A stretch of DNA of 34,915 nt from Nitrospirota bacterium (GCA_024278445.1 JAJRTC010000254.1:1-34915), one strand, 5' to 3'. Counted from the first letter of the stretch, positions 16,446-27,625 are shown. Notes: generated by a model not told the origin, from the letters alone. A program made the numbers and translations.

Positions 16446-17723
16446 ATGGCGGGTTTATTGATAAAAAACGGGAGGGTGATTGACCCTGCCTCCGGTGTAG
16501 ACGAGGTGACCGACGTTCTCATAGAAAAGGGAGTTATCTCGAAGATGGCCCGAAATTTGAAAGCTCCCTCCGGCGCGAAGGTGATAGACGCAACCGGAAA
16601 ATGGGTGACGCCGGGGCTTATCGATATGCACACGCATCTTCGCGAACCGGGATATGAATATAAAGAGACGATAGAAACCGGCGCCTTGTCTGCCGCTGTC
16701 GGAGGATTTACGTCGATAGCCTGCATGGCGAACACTAATCCTGTGAACGACTCCGCTTCCGTTACCGACATGATAACGGAAAAAGCGAAAAAAGCGGTTG
16801 TTAACGTTTTTCCGATTGGTGCGGTTACGCAGGGGTTAAAGGGTGAAAAGCTGGCCGAGATAGGCGAAATGGCGGAATGCGGAGTGGTGGCGCTCTCCGA
16901 CGACGGCAAGTGCGTGATGGACGCAAGGTTAATGCGGCTTGCGATGGAATATGGCTCCATGTTCGGGTTGACTTTAATAGAACACGCGGAAGATCATTCG
17001 CTGTCGGGCGGCGGAGTTATGAACGAGGGGGCGCAAGCTGTGCGAATGGGGCTGGTTGGCCAGCCTAAGGCGGCGGAGGATTCTATCGTGGCGCGTGATA
17101 TAACACTTGCCGAATATCTCGACCTGCCGGTTCATATCGCGCATTTGTCGAGTGCGTATTCTATTGAGCTTATACGCGAGGCGAAGAGACGAGGCGTGAA
17201 AGTTACGGGCGAGGCCGCGCCGCATCATTTTACGTTAACCGATGTCTGTTGCGACGGATATGACACGAACGCCAAGATGGCGCCTCCACTGCGCGAAGAT
17301 AAAGATGTTGAGGCGATAAAAAAAGGATTGAAGGACGGGACGATCGACTGCATAGCCACAGACCATGCGCCGCATAGCGCTGATGAAAAAGAGACGGAAT
17401 TCGACCAGGCCGCGTTTGGAATCGTCGGGCTGGAAACGGCTTTGCCTTTAAGCCTGGCCCTTGTCGATAAAAAGGTTTTAACGCCGTCACGGCTTATAGA
17501 AACATTAACGAGCGCACCTGCGAAAATTTTGGGAATAGAGAGGGGCTCATTGTCACAAGGCGCGGTTGCGGATGTTACCATAATCGACCCGGAGGCGGAA
17601 TGGGTTATCGACCCTTCAAAATTCAGATCGAAGGGGAAAAACACTCCGTTTGGCGGATGGAAAGTTAAAGGACGGGCGGACGTAACGATTGTAAAAGGAA
17701 GAGTGGTACACGAATGGCAATGA
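16446..17723 (+). CDS. pyrC: Dihydroorotase (type I)
   Basis: DMHTHLREPG, KMAPPLR and IATDHAPH motifs. Confidence 0.97.
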   Translation: MAGLLIKNGRVIDPASGVDEVTDVLIEKGVISKMARNLKAPSGAKVIDATGKWVTPGLIDMHTHLREPGYEYKETIETGALSAAVGGFTSIACMANTNPVNDSASVTDMITEKAKKAVVNVFPIGAVTQGLKGEKLAEIGEMAECGVVALSDDGKCVMDARLMRLAMEYGSMFGLTLIEHAEDHSLSGGGVMNEGAQAVRMGLVGQPKAAEDSIVARDITLAEYLDLPVHIAHLSSAYSIELIREAKRRGVKVTGEAAPHHFTLTDVCCDGYDTNAKMAPPLREDKDVEAIKKGLKDGTIDCIATDHAPHSADEKETEFDQAAFGIVGLETALPLSLALVDKKVLTPSRLIETLTSAPAKILGIERGSLSQGAVADVTIIDPEAEWVIDPSKFRSKGKNTPFGGWKVKGRADVTIVKGRVVHEWQ

Positions 17724-17728
17724 AAGAT

Positions 17729-17815
17729 TCCTCCCCCTTAAGGGGGGAGGTCAGGTGGGGGTGGATGATTTATTTATACACCCTCCCCTTGATCCCCTCC
17801 CCTCGAGGGAGGGGA
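17729..17815. repeat. REP-like GC-rich palindromic element
   Basis: Two inverted hairpin units, CCTCCCCC-TTAA-GGGGGGAGG and CCCCTCCC-CTCGA-GGGAGGGG; a degenerate similar unit follows up to ~17900. Confidence 0.7.
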
Positions 17816-17937
17816 AAGGTGCGGCGCCTATGTCACCCTAAGGGAGAGAAGAAGCGGGTCTTTATATCTCTATACCCCCTTGTGAGCACACAAGGGAGGG
17901 AAAGAGTACCCGCAAATATAGGCGCGAAAGGAAGTAA

Positions 17938-19056
17938 ATGAAAAAAGCGTATCTTGTTATGTCTGACGGGCGCGTGTTCACCGGCAAGCCGTTGGGCGCA
18001 GTTGGCGAGACATCTGGCGAAGTCGTGTTCAACACTTCCATGATGGGATATCAGGAGATCCTCACAGACCCTTCATACGAAGGGCAGATTATCACCATGA
18101 CCTATCCGCTCATAGGCAATTATGGTGTGAACGACGAGGACGTCGAGTCGTGCGATATTTTCGCCGCAGGTTTTATAGTTAAAGAAGAGAGCGCCATAGC
18201 ATCAAACTGGCGCAAAACAAAAACGCTGGGCGACTATTTGCGCGAGCATGACGTTGTTGGCATACAGGGGATAGACACGAGAGCGTTGACCCGTCACATA
18301 CGCGAAAAAGGTGCGTTACCTGCGATTATAATTTCTTTGCCCGATGCCGATATAGATGAGCTAAAAGCACGCGTAACAAAAGTTGCGGGAACAGACGGCA
18401 TTGACCTTGTGTCGAAAGTCACATGCGATGGGGCATATAGCTGGGACGACGGACTGTGGGATATTGAGCAAGGGTTTACCAAACCTGATAGTGAATCAAA
18501 ATATAAAGTTGTGGCGATTGATTATGGCGTGAAGCGAAATATCCTGCGCCATCTTGTAAACGCCGGGTGTGATCTTACTGTTGTTCCGGCAAGCATGACG
18601 GCTGACGAGATATTAAAAAAGCAACCGGACGGAATTTTCCTCTCCAACGGGCCTGGTGATCCATCGGCTGTTCCATACGCCGCAGAAACCGTAAAAGAGT
18701 TGATAGGCAAAAAACCTTTGTTCGGAATCTGTTTCGGGCATCAGACGTTGTGCCGTGCGCTTGGCATGGATACTTATAAATTAAAGTTCGGGCATCATGG
18801 CGGCAACCAGCCGGTTATGGATCTTTTAACCCGCAAGGTAGAGATAACCGCGCAGAACCATAACTACGCGGTGGACGACAAGTCCCTGCCGGACGGCGTA
18901 GAAGTTACGCACATAAATTTGAACGATAAAACCGTTGAAGGCATAAAGTCTGACAAGTTAAAAGTGTTTTCGGTGCAATACCATCCGGAAGCCTCCCCCG
19001 GCCCCAACGATGCGCAATATTTGTTCAAACGGTTTACCGATTTGATGGAGGGATGA
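17938..19056 (+). CDS. carA: Carbamoyl-phosphate synthase small subunit
   Basis: [22 protein letters not shown] and [10 protein letters not shown] motifs. Confidence 0.98.
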   Translation: MKKAYLVMSDGRVFTGKPLGAVGETSGEVVFNTSMMGYQEILTDPSYEGQIITMTYPLIGNYGVNDEDVESCDIFAAGFIVKEESAIASNWRKTKTLGDYLREHDVVGIQGIDTRALTRHIREKGALPAIIISLPDADIDELKARVTKVAGTDGIDLVSKVTCDGAYSWDDGLWDIEQGFTKPDSESKYKVVAIDYGVKRNILRHLVNAGCDLTVVPASMTADEILKKQPDGIFLSNGPGDPSAVPYAAETVKELIGKKPLFGICFGHQTLCRALGMDTYKLKFGHHGGNQPVMDLLTRKVEITAQNHNYAVDDKSLPDGVEVTHINLNDKTVEGIKSDKLKVFSVQYHPEASPGPNDAQYLFKRFTDLMEG

Positions 19057-19079
19057 AAATAGAATAACATCGTAATTGT

Positions 19080-19505
19080 ATGACCGATATAAACCTAACA
19101 CAAACTGAAGCTGATACTTTAATTTCAATGCCAAAATTGCGTGTTAATGATGATACTTGGGATTATCCAAACTCTGGCGGGTCTTTATGTGTGCCGCTTG
19201 TGTCACAGGACAATAGAGAGGAGTTCAACCTTGATATTTATAGAGGGCGTATTAATTTGCTTAAAGGTACGCACCAGAGTAGGGCAAGGCAAGTTATTGT
19301 GCTAGTGCGGTTAGATTTTGGAGGTTCTCCTCACCGTAATCCAAATGATGAAGAAATAGGAAGCCCACATTTGCATATTTATCGTGAGGGATATGGTCAT
19401 AAATGGGCTATCCCCGTTCCTGAAGATAAATTCCCCAATATTTCTGATTTATATGCAACGTTATTAAGCCACCTAAAATTTTTAGGGGCCTTTTCTCATG
19501 ATTGA
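19080..19505 (+). CDS. DUF6978-like protein, probably with a frameshifted C-terminus
   Basis: [36 protein letters not shown] resembles DUF6978. An alternative-frame tail [15 protein letters not shown] (19454-19501) has its stop overlapping the next ATG. Confidence 0.75.
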   Translation: MTDINLTQTEADTLISMPKLRVNDDTWDYPNSGGSLCVPLVSQDNREEFNLDIYRGRINLLKGTHQSRARQVIVLVRLDFGGSPHRNPNDEEIGSPHLHIYREGYGHKWAIPVPEDKFPNISDLYATLLSHLKFLGAFSHD

Positions 19506-20265
19506 TGAAATACAAAAATTACTAGATCAATATGTTTTATGGCTTAAGGATAAGACATTGCTACGGGAGATGCCTGACAATTGGGTGGAGATTACGACCC
19601 CTTACCTTGATCGACATAATGACTATCTCCAGATATACACCAAGAAGCAAAATAGAACATTTGTGCTTACTGACGATGGCTACATTATGGATGATCTTTT
19701 GCAAGCTGGGTGCAAACTAGATACTCCAAAGCGTAAAGATTTGCTGAAAATGACTTTAGCAGGGTTTGGTATCGATAATAATAACGGGGCTTTAGAAGTT
19801 CGTGCTTCTGCTGAAAGTTTCGCATTGCGTAAACATAATTTAATTCAGGCTATGCTAGCAGTTAATGACTTGTTTTATCTGGCACAGCCAATGGTTGCTA
19901 GTCTTTTTTATGAAGATATAGTTCAGTGGCTTGATCAAAATGATATTCGTTATACACAAAATGTGAAGTTTGCTGGCAAGAGTGGTTACGATCATTTATT
20001 TGATTTTGTTATTACCAAATATCAGCAACATCCTGAGCGCATCATTAAAGCAATTACTAACCCAAGTAGGAATACAGCAGAAGCCCTTGCATTTAAGTGG
20101 ATTGACACTAGAGATGTAAGGCCATCGGACTCACGAGCATATGCACTGCTTAATGACAAGGAACAAAGAGTGCCTTCAAGTGTATTTGATGCTATAAAAA
20201 ACTACGGTATTACACCTGTGTTGTGGAGTAGCCGCGAAAATGTTAAAGCAGAGTTAGCTGCCTAA
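19498..20265 (+). CDS. DUF1828 + DUF1829 domain protein
   Basis: [38 protein letters not shown] and [13 protein letters not shown] motifs; AT-richer than the flanking car genes. Confidence 0.85.
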   Translation: MIDEIQKLLDQYVLWLKDKTLLREMPDNWVEITTPYLDRHNDYLQIYTKKQNRTFVLTDDGYIMDDLLQAGCKLDTPKRKDLLKMTLAGFGIDNNNGALEVRASAESFALRKHNLIQAMLAVNDLFYLAQPMVASLFYEDIVQWLDQNDIRYTQNVKFAGKSGYDHLFDFVITKYQQHPERIIKAITNPSRNTAEALAFKWIDTRDVRPSDSRAYALLNDKEQRVPSSVFDAIKNYGITPVLWSSRENVKAELAA

Positions 20266-20309
20266 CCTAGCTATATTCTTTCTTCAAATTGTAAGTTTAA
20301 ACTAAAAAA

Positions 20310-23300
20310 ATGCCGAAACGAACTGACATAAAAAAAATTCTTGTTATTGGTGCGGGGCCTATCGTCATCGGGCAGGCGTGCGAGTTTGACTATTCCGGCA
20401 CGCAGGCCGTGAAGGCGCTAAAAGAGGAGGGGTATGAGGTCTGCCTTGTAAACTCAAACCCAGCCACAATCATGACAGACCCCGACATGGCCGACCGCAC
20501 ATACATCGAGCCGATAACACCGTCAGCGGTGGAGAAAATAATAGAGCGTGAAAAGCCGGACGCGGTTCTGCCGACGGTTGGCGGGCAGACGGCGTTGAAC
20601 GTGACCGTTGCGTTAGCCGAAGCCGGTGTTTTTGAAAAACATGGCGTAGAGCTTATCGGCGCAAAACTCGACGCGATAAAAAAGGCGGAAGACCGTGACC
20701 TGTTCAAAAAGGCGATGGCGTCCATCGGGCTAAAAACGCCGGAGTCGCGCCTTGCGCACAACATGGAAGAAGCGCTCGATGCGTTAGACATCGTTGGCCT
20801 TCCGGCGATTATACGCCCTGCGTTTACATTGGGCGGCGCAGGCGGAAGTTTTGCCGCAAGCGAGGCGGAATATGAAGAGAGCGTGAGAACCGGCCTTGCC
20901 ATGAGCCCCGTGTCGCAAGTGTTAATAGAGCGCTCCATCGCAGGCTGGAAAGAGTTTGAGTTAGAAGTCATGCGCGACATGAAAGACAACGTGGTCATAG
21001 TCTGCTCGATAGAAAATTTCGATCCGTTAGGAATTCATACGGGCGACTCTATAACCGTTGCGCCGGCGCAAACGTTGACCGACCGTGAATATCAGATCAT
21101 GCGTGACGCGGCGATAGCCATTATCCGGGAGATTGGTGTGGACACGGGCGGGTCTAACATACAGTTTGCCGTGAACCCTGAAAACGGCGAGCTTGTGATA
21201 ATAGAAATGAATCCGCGTGTATCGCGTTCATCGGCGTTAGCGTCTAAGGCTACAGGTTTTCCGATAGCTAAGATCGCCGCTAAGCTTGCCGTCGGTTATT
21301 CGCTGGACGAGATACCTAACGACATAACCCGCATGACGCCGGCATCTTTTGAGCCGACGATTGATTATTGCGTTGTGAAGATACCACGGTTCGCGTTTGA
21401 AAAGTTTCCAAAAGCCGAAGACGTTTTAGGTGCGCAGATGAAATCTGTTGGCGAGGTGATGAGCATTGGCCGCACGTTCAAGGAGTCGCTACAAAAAGCG
21501 ATACGCTCGCTTGAGACGGGCTATTTCGGTTTTAAAAATAAAGACAGCGCTACAAACGAGCAGATAGAGAAAGTGTTAAAAGTGCCGTCGTCGAAAAGGT
21601 TTCCATACCTTGGCGAAGCGTTAAGGCGCGGTTGGACAATTGAACGCGTGCATCAGGCTACAAAAATAGACGCATGGTTTTTGCACAACATGAAACAGAT
21701 TATCGATACCGAAATGGAAGTTATTAACGAGGGGCTTGGCGACGACGACCGCTTGCGCGAGCTAAAGGAACTTGGTTTTTCCGACAGGCGCCTTGCAAAG
21801 CTTGCGGGCGTAACAGAAAAAGATATACGGGCAAGAAGGTTAAAGGCAGGCGTCGTTCCGGTATATAAAAGGGTAGACACATGTGCAGGTGAGTTTGAGG
21901 CATACACTCCCTATCTTTATTCGACATACGAAGAAGAGTGCGAGGCCGATGTGTCCGATAAAAAGAAGATAATAATTTTAGGCGGCGGGCCGAACAGAAT
22001 CGGGCAGGGGATAGAGTTTGACTACTGTTGCGTCCACGGTGTTATGGGGTTGAAGAAGGATGGCTATGAAACCATCATGGTCAACTGTAATCCGGAAACT
22101 GTCTCAACCGATTACGATACTTCAGACAGATTATACTTTGAGCCGCTGACGTTTGAAGATGTGATGTCTATCATAGACCGTGAAAAACCGGACGGGATAA
22201 TAGTGCAGTTCGGTGGGCAGACGCCGTTGAACCTCGCAAAGGCGCTAAAGGAAGCGGGTGCGCCGATTATCGGCACAAGCCCGGAAGCTATAGACCGCGC
22301 AGAAGACCGCGAAAGTTTCAAGGCGATGTTGGAGAAACTTGATTTAAAACAGCCGCCAAACGGGATCGCCACAAACACGGTCGAAGCTCTTGCCATAGCA
22401 AAAGAGATATCCTATCCGGTTGTTGTGCGCCCTTCATATGTTTTAGGCGGACGGGCGATGGAGATAGTTTACGATGACGATGCGTTAAAGTTTTACATGG
22501 CAAACGCCGTGCAGGCGTCGCCAGATAAACCAATTCTTATCGACAAGTTTTTGAATTCCGCGATAGAGCTTGACGTAGACGCGGTTTCAGATGGCAAGAC
22601 GGTTGTAATTGGCGGCGTGATGGAACATATAGAGGAGGCGGGTGTACATTCTGGCGACTCGGCCTGTTCACTTCCGCCGCGTAGCGTAAGCGTCGAACTT
22701 GTTGAGGAAGTAAAACGCCAAACCAAAATGTTGGCGGTAGAACTTGAAACCGTGGGGCTTATAAACATACAGTTTGCCATACAGGATAACGAGATTTTTA
22801 TTTTGGAAGTAAACCCCAGGGCTTCGCGTACTGTTCCTTTTGTTTCCAAAACAATAGGCAAACCGCTGGCGCAGATCGCGGCGCGTGTTATGGCTGGCAA
22901 AACGTTAGCTGAGTTGGGTTTCACCGAGGAAATAAAATTCAGCCATGTTGCCGTTAAGGAAGCTGTCTTCCCGTTTATAAAGTTTCCTAATGTAGATACG
23001 ATCCTTGGGCCTGAGATGAAATCGACAGGCGAAGTTATGGGGCTTGCCCGCTCGTTCGGGATGTCGTTTGCAAAAGCGTCTAGCGCCGCCGGGGTTGAGC
23101 TCCCGTTGTTTGGCGCGGTTTTTGTTTCTGTAACAGATTCTGATAAGAAAATGGCGGTGACAGCCGGAAGGCGTCTCGCTGATATGGGGTTTTCATTGCT
23201 TGCCACAAGTGGAACGGCGGCCGCGTTGAAAGGTGCCGGGCTTGCCGTTGAGGTGTTAGCCAAAGTCGGCGAAGGAACCCCGACATGTGTAGACAGGTTG

Positions 23301-23516
23301 GCCGATGGCGATATTGTTATGGTTATCAATACGACCTTCGGCAAAAAGTCTATTCAGGATTCTTACACTATAAGAAGAACGGCGCTTACGATGAACGTGC
23401 CATACCAGACCACCGTCGAAGGTGCCTTGGCGTCGGTTACGGCGATAGAGGCACTTGTTAAAGGCGGAATGGATATCATGGCGTTGCAGGAATATTTTAC
23501 GATGGTAAAGTCGTAG
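20310..23516 (+). CDS. carB: Carbamoyl-phosphate synthase large subunit
   Basis: [30 protein letters not shown], duplicated ATP-grasp domains and C-terminal MGS domain. Confidence 0.99.
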   Translation: MPKRTDIKKILVIGAGPIVIGQACEFDYSGTQAVKALKEEGYEVCLVNSNPATIMTDPDMADRTYIEPITPSAVEKIIEREKPDAVLPTVGGQTALNVTVALAEAGVFEKHGVELIGAKLDAIKKAEDRDLFKKAMASIGLKTPESRLAHNMEEALDALDIVGLPAIIRPAFTLGGAGGSFAASEAEYEESVRTGLAMSPVSQVLIERSIAGWKEFELEVMRDMKDNVVIVCSIENFDPLGIHTGDSITVAPAQTLTDREYQIMRDAAIAIIREIGVDTGGSNIQFAVNPENGELVIIEMNPRVSRSSALASKATGFPIAKIAAKLAVGYSLDEIPNDITRMTPASFEPTIDYCVVKIPRFAFEKFPKAEDVLGAQMKSVGEVMSIGRTFKESLQKAIRSLETGYFGFKNKDSATNEQIEKVLKVPSSKRFPYLGEALRRGWTIERVHQATKIDAWFLHNMKQIIDTEMEVINEGLGDDDRLRELKELGFSDRRLAKLAGVTEKDIRARRLKAGVVPVYKRVDTCAGEFEAYTPYLYSTYEEECEADVSDKKKIIILGGGPNRIGQGIEFDYCCVHGVMGLKKDGYETIMVNCNPETVSTDYDTSDRLYFEPLTFEDVMSIIDREKPDGIIVQFGGQTPLNLAKALKEAGAPIIGTSPEAIDRAEDRESFKAMLEKLDLKQPPNGIATNTVEALAIAKEISYPVVVRPSYVLGGRAMEIVYDDDALKFYMANAVQASPDKPILIDKFLNSAIELDVDAVSDGKTVVIGGVMEHIEEAGVHSGDSACSLPPRSVSVELVEEVKRQTKMLAVELETVGLINIQFAIQDNEIFILEVNPRASRTVPFVSKTIGKPLAQIAARVMAGKTLAELGFTEEIKFSHVAVKEAVFPFIKFPNVDTILGPEMKSTGEVMGLARSFGMSFAKASSAAGVELPLFGAVFVSVTDSDKKMAVTAGRRLADMGFSLLATSGTAAALKGAGLAVEVLAKVGEGTPTCVDRLADGDIVMVINTTFGKKSIQDSYTIRRTALTMNVPYQTTVEGALASVTAIEALVKGGMDIMALQEYFTMVKS

Positions 23517-23622
23517 GTTAATCAAAACGCCGTATGGATGTTTGTGCAAATAGAACTTGCATCGATCGCTCTTATAATGGGTGTTATTGGCCTTAATCCT
23601 GGTGAAAGGTTGTACCGGTAAA

Positions 23623-25116
23623 ATGAACCTGACCTGCGTTGCGCGATTTTTATTTGCCGTCCTGTTTACGTTCTGTGTTCTGCTTCCAAACGCATATGCC
23701 GAAACTCCTTCATGGTTTGGAAGGCAATACGAAACACTGCTTTCTGAAACGTGGATGAATGTATCCTTTGGTAAAAACAAAATCGGCTTTTCGCATCAGA
23801 AAATCGAAAAAGGAAAAGATGGATATCGCATAACGTCGCGGGCCGTTATACGCCTTAACGTTATGGGCATTACGCAGGATATGTCGTTTTCAAGGTCTTA
23901 TCATCTCGATAACAAAAAGGATGTTTTGGGCTTTATCTCCCTTATGAAAATAGATAACCAGCGTCAACTAACAGTCGGCACGATAGACGGAAATGTTTTA
24001 AAACTATCAATTAAAGGGGCGGGCGGCTCAAACGACGTAACTAAAAAATTGCCGGATGGGGTAGATTTTGCTGAAACGTTTTCATTTAAACTGGCCGATC
24101 AACTAAAAGTCGGCATGCGTTTAACCGTTCCTGTTTACATGGTGGAATTGCGAACCTTTGCTCCGATGACGCTAAACGTTATTGGTAAAAAGAAAATAAA
24201 ATCTGCTGGGGGCGAAGTTGAGGTTTTTGTTATAGATGTCGCCATGCAGGGGTTTACAAGCAAAAGTTATGTGACGCAAGATGGAGTTACTGTGCGAGAA
24301 GAGCAGAGCATGATGGGCATGGTGTCTGAAGTGGTAGACGAGGCGACGGCGTTATATTTCCCGAAAGGTTCCGCCGTTCCGGTGTCGAGCCTCATCACGT
24401 TTAGCCTTGTCAAGCCGGATAAGCCGATACCCTCTGCCGGATCCTTAAAAGAATTGAACCTTGTGATAGGCGGCATTAAAAACCCTTCCGCCATTCCGGA
24501 GGATGACAGGCAACGGGTTGGAGCGGCCAAGTGGGTGCAAGACGCAAAAGGTGGGCGGAGTTTAAGTTTGGCAGTAACTATTCAGCGCAGGGTTCCACAA
24601 GGTAAAATTTCGATAAAGGAAGCGTCTGCTCTTATGCCCGATGGGTTACGGCCCACGCCTGAGATACAGTCTGGCAACAAGATGATAAAAAAACAGGCGC
24701 TTAAGATTATCGGTGGAGAAACAGACGCCTTTGAGGCGGCAAAAAAAATAAGGCGCTGGGTTTTTGAGAATCTGAAAAAAGAATTGTCAGATTCAATCAC
24801 CGCCGTGGATGTTTTACGTTCAAGGAAGGGGGAGTGCCAAAGCCACACTAACCTTTTTACAGCGTTGGCGAAAAGCGTTGGCATACCAACCAGAACCGCG
24901 TCGGGAATAGTCTATTCTCGTGCTAACGACGGTTTTTTATATCACGCATGGCCCGAAGTTTACATTTCAGAATGGATTCCGATGGACCCGACGTTGGGGC
25001 AGGATGTTGCGGATGTGACACATTTAAAACTTGCCCAGGGTGGTGTGGAGAGCCAGCTTAAACTTATCAGCTTTATAGGCAAAATCACTGTTTCCGTCCG
25101 CTCGTTTAGGAAGTAA
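23623..25116 (+). CDS. Secreted transglutaminase-like domain protein
   Basis: Signal peptide ending AYA|E from ATG 23623; triad motifs GECQSH, YHAWPEVY and WIPMDPT. Confidence 0.88.
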   Translation: MNLTCVARFLFAVLFTFCVLLPNAYAETPSWFGRQYETLLSETWMNVSFGKNKIGFSHQKIEKGKDGYRITSRAVIRLNVMGITQDMSFSRSYHLDNKKDVLGFISLMKIDNQRQLTVGTIDGNVLKLSIKGAGGSNDVTKKLPDGVDFAETFSFKLADQLKVGMRLTVPVYMVELRTFAPMTLNVIGKKKIKSAGGEVEVFVIDVAMQGFTSKSYVTQDGVTVREEQSMMGMVSEVVDEATALYFPKGSAVPVSSLITFSLVKPDKPIPSAGSLKELNLVIGGIKNPSAIPEDDRQRVGAAKWVQDAKGGRSLSLAVTIQRRVPQGKISIKEASALMPDGLRPTPEIQSGNKMIKKQALKIIGGETDAFEAAKKIRRWVFENLKKELSDSITAVDVLRSRKGECQSHTNLFTALAKSVGIPTRTASGIVYSRANDGFLYHAWPEVYISEWIPMDPTLGQDVADVTHLKLAQGGVESQLKLISFIGKITVSVRSFRK

Positions 25117-25150
25117 ACTGTTCTGATAGTTATTTAGGATAATTGAAAAA

Positions 25151-25918
25151 TTGGATTGCATCGTAAGGGTTAACGAGGAACTGGGTGGCGACTTTTTTTA
25201 TCTTGGCTTAGAGCCTTTAGAGCCTATCGCCGATATTCGCCCCGGTCGATTTTTCATGGTGCGCTGTTCGCAGTCAGCCGACCCGTTTTTACGCAGGCCG
25301 ATGAGCGTTGCCGATTATAAAAAAGACGGTTCCGGCTTTGGCCTGGTTGTGCAGACCGTAGGCTGGGGGACGAGCCTTTTATCTACTCTTGTTCCGTGGG
25401 ACAGAATAGACGTGATTGGCCCTTTCGGGACGAACTTTGAGGTTCCGGACGGAGCCCGTTCCTTATGGGCCGTTGCTGGCGGTTCCGGTGTCGCTCCTTT
25501 TTTAGGGCTTATTGACCATGCGGAAGGTGACGTTGACCACACCGTCTTTCTTGGTGCGAGAACTTCTGAACTTCTGATATATGCGGACAGGCTTAAGGAG
25601 AGGGGAGCTTGCGTTATAACCGCTACTGAGGATGGCTCCTCAGGGGAACATGGGCTTGTAACCGAGCCTCTTGTAAAAAAGCTCGATTCGGGCGAAAAGC
25701 CAGACGTTATTTTTACCTGTGGCCCAACACCTATGATGAGGGCCGTTGCCAGGATAGCCGAGGCCCACGGCATTAAATGTTCCGTATCGCTTGAGAACAG
25801 GATGGCTTGCGGGTTCGGGGCCTGTGTCGGGTGCGTGACCAAGAAAAGGGGAGAGGAGAACTATATAACGGTCTGTAGCAGGGGGCCGGTGTTCGATTCC
25901 TTTGAGGTAGAAATTTAA
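25151..25918 (+). CDS. pyrK: Dihydroorotate dehydrogenase electron-transfer subunit
   Basis: LRRPMS, GPFG, AGGSGVAP, CGPTPMM and MACGFGACVGC..C [2Fe-2S] motifs; TTG start. Confidence 0.93.
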   Translation: MDCIVRVNEELGGDFFYLGLEPLEPIADIRPGRFFMVRCSQSADPFLRRPMSVADYKKDGSGFGLVVQTVGWGTSLLSTLVPWDRIDVIGPFGTNFEVPDGARSLWAVAGGSGVAPFLGLIDHAEGDVDHTVFLGARTSELLIYADRLKERGACVITATEDGSSGEHGLVTEPLVKKLDSGEKPDVIFTCGPTPMMRAVARIAEAHGIKCSVSLENRMACGFGACVGCVTKKRGEENYITVCSRGPVFDSFEVEI

Positions 25919-25919
25919 T

Positions 25920-26834
25920 ATGCCTGTTAATCTTGCAAATAATATAGCCGGGTTAAACCTCAAAAATCCTATTTTAGGTGCGTCTGGCACTTTTGGATAT
26001 GGCACGTTGTATGAGCGGTTTTATGATATTTCCGTTATTGGCGGGTTTGTTACCAAGGCATTGTCCCTAAAACCGAGAGCCGGGAACCCCGCACCAAGAA
26101 TCTGCGAAGCACCAGGCGGTATGCTAAACGCCATTGGATTGCAAAACATAGGGATAGACAGGTTTGTAAACCAGAAACTGCCTAAAATAAAAGATAAGGA
26201 CCTCGTAATCATCGCAAACTTTTTTGGTGAAACGGTGGATGAATATGTTGAGGTCGCCAGCAGATTGAATGAGGTTGACGGTGTGCATGGGCTTGAAATG
26301 AATATATCGTGTCCTAACAGGAACAACGAGGGGCTGGTATTCGGCGCAAGTTGCCAAATTACGGAAGATGTTGTTAAAGCATGTCGTAAGGTAACAAACA
26401 AACCGTTGTTCGTTAAACTTTCGCCAAACGTGGCCGATATAGCCAAATTTGCAAAAGTGTGCGAAGACAGCGGCGCTGACGGTCTGTCTGTGATAAACAC
26501 TCTCTCCGGCATGGCGATAGACATAAGATCACGCAAGCCTATTCTTGCAAACGTGATGGGTGGGCTTTCCGGCCCTGCCATTAAACCTGTTGCCGTGCGG
26601 ATGGTGTGGCAATGTTACAGGGCGGTTAAAATACCTATTTTTGGCATAGGCGGTATATCATGCGTAGAAGACGTGGTCGAGTTTATTCTTGCCGGAGCGT
26701 CGGCTGTGCAGATAGGCTCGATGAACTTTGTAGAACCCGAAATTTGCAAAACTTTGGCCGAGGAACTGCCGGATCTTTTGGAATCTCTTGGAGTTTCTGA
26801 CTATCGGGAGCTTATTGGCGCACTGGATGTTTAA
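25920..26834 (+). CDS. pyrD: Dihydroorotate dehydrogenase (family 1B catalytic subunit)
   Basis: ASGTFGYG, MLNAIGLQN, NISCPN, KLSPNV and GGLSGPAIKP motifs. Confidence 0.96.
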   Translation: MPVNLANNIAGLNLKNPILGASGTFGYGTLYERFYDISVIGGFVTKALSLKPRAGNPAPRICEAPGGMLNAIGLQNIGIDRFVNQKLPKIKDKDLVIIANFFGETVDEYVEVASRLNEVDGVHGLEMNISCPNRNNEGLVFGASCQITEDVVKACRKVTNKPLFVKLSPNVADIAKFAKVCEDSGADGLSVINTLSGMAIDIRSRKPILANVMGGLSGPAIKPVAVRMVWQCYRAVKIPIFGIGGISCVEDVVEFILAGASAVQIGSMNFVEPEICKTLAEELPDLLESLGVSDYRELIGALDV

Positions 26835-27084
26835 CGGTGAATTTTTTCTTTTGTCTTTTACCATTAAATTAATGTATAAAATAGTACAGGGATCGAGTCC
26901 GACGCTTACCGTGTGATCCCGAAACTTTATGATCCATCAGATTTTCATGAACAGGACTTCTGTCCTTTTGCAGGGTCGGGTAATTAATACGGATTAAATT
27001 TTCTGATTTTCTATATAAGCGGGGGCGTTTGCGCTCCGTTTCCTCTATTGATAATGATCTAAACAGAATAAAGGTGGTTAAACG

Positions 27085-27291
27085 TTGAAGCGACAAAGAC
27101 AACAGACGCCAAGAAGAGGCAAAAACCCTAAACGCCCGCAGACCGGCAGATTTAAAGCCCGTGGCCCGGCCCGCGAGCCGGAGCGCCAAGTGGATGGAAA
27201 GTATATGGATTTGCCCATGAAAACCATTGAAGAACGTAAAGCCGCACAGCTTGCCAAGTGGCGCAAGGAACTTGGGATAGACGAGGAGTAG
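27085..27291 (+). CDS. Small basic hypothetical protein
   Basis: TTG start with AAGGTGG upstream; converges on the neighbouring gene with a 10-bp gap; no family recognised. Confidence 0.5.
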   Translation: MKRQRQQTPRRGKNPKRPQTGRFKARGPAREPERQVDGKYMDLPMKTIEERKAAQLAKWRKELGIDEE

Positions 27292-27301
27292 CTAGTAGCT
27301 T

Positions 27302-27538
27302 TTACGGCGTACCCTTTTTTTGTGGCAGTTCTCCAAGCATTTTATCTACATCTTTCGGCGATGCCGAACCGCTGATGATTTTTGCGATAGTTTCATTGTT
27401 CGATGAACCTTTCAGGTGGTCAAGGGTGATATCGGCCACGCCAAAAAATTCTTCTACCGTCATTCCTTTTTTCATGGCAGAGATAAGTAGCTTTAAAAAC
27501 TCGTTTTCTATTTCTGATTTGAGCTTATCGTCGGCCAA
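27302..27538 (-). CDS. Small hypothetical protein (78 aa, MADDKLKSEIENEF...)
   Basis: TTG start at 27538 with a strong GGAGGAG RBS; helical, protein-like composition. Confidence 0.7.
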   Translation of the reverse strand: MADDKLKSEIENEFLKLLISAMKKGMTVEEFFGVADITLDHLKGSSNNETIAKIISGSASPKDVDKMLGELPQKKGTP

Positions 27539-27625
27539 GGTAACTCTCCTCCAGAGGGTGCGGTAGCTTTTATTTACAATCATGATATGCGCCCTAAAAG
27601 CGGGTGTCAAACGGAGAGCTGTGAA

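Noticed and set aside
17714-17941. 75-aa ORF bridging pyrC and carA
   Set aside because: It is a translation of the REP-like palindromes (PLRGEVRWG, PSPRGRG), although it overlaps both neighbours
19074-20294. AATTGTA near both ends of the DUF cassette as an att site or TSD
   Set aside because: Only 7 bp in AT-rich DNA; not distinguishable from chance
20390-23344. Long antisense ORFs within carB (and similar ones in wzc, pyrC, pyrK and pyrD)
   Set aside because: Shadow frames of well-conserved genes
26835-27084. Possible ncRNA or riboswitch after pyrD (short hairpins GGGATC..GATCCC and AGGAC..GTCCT)
   Set aside because: No recognisable family motif; a covariance search would be needed
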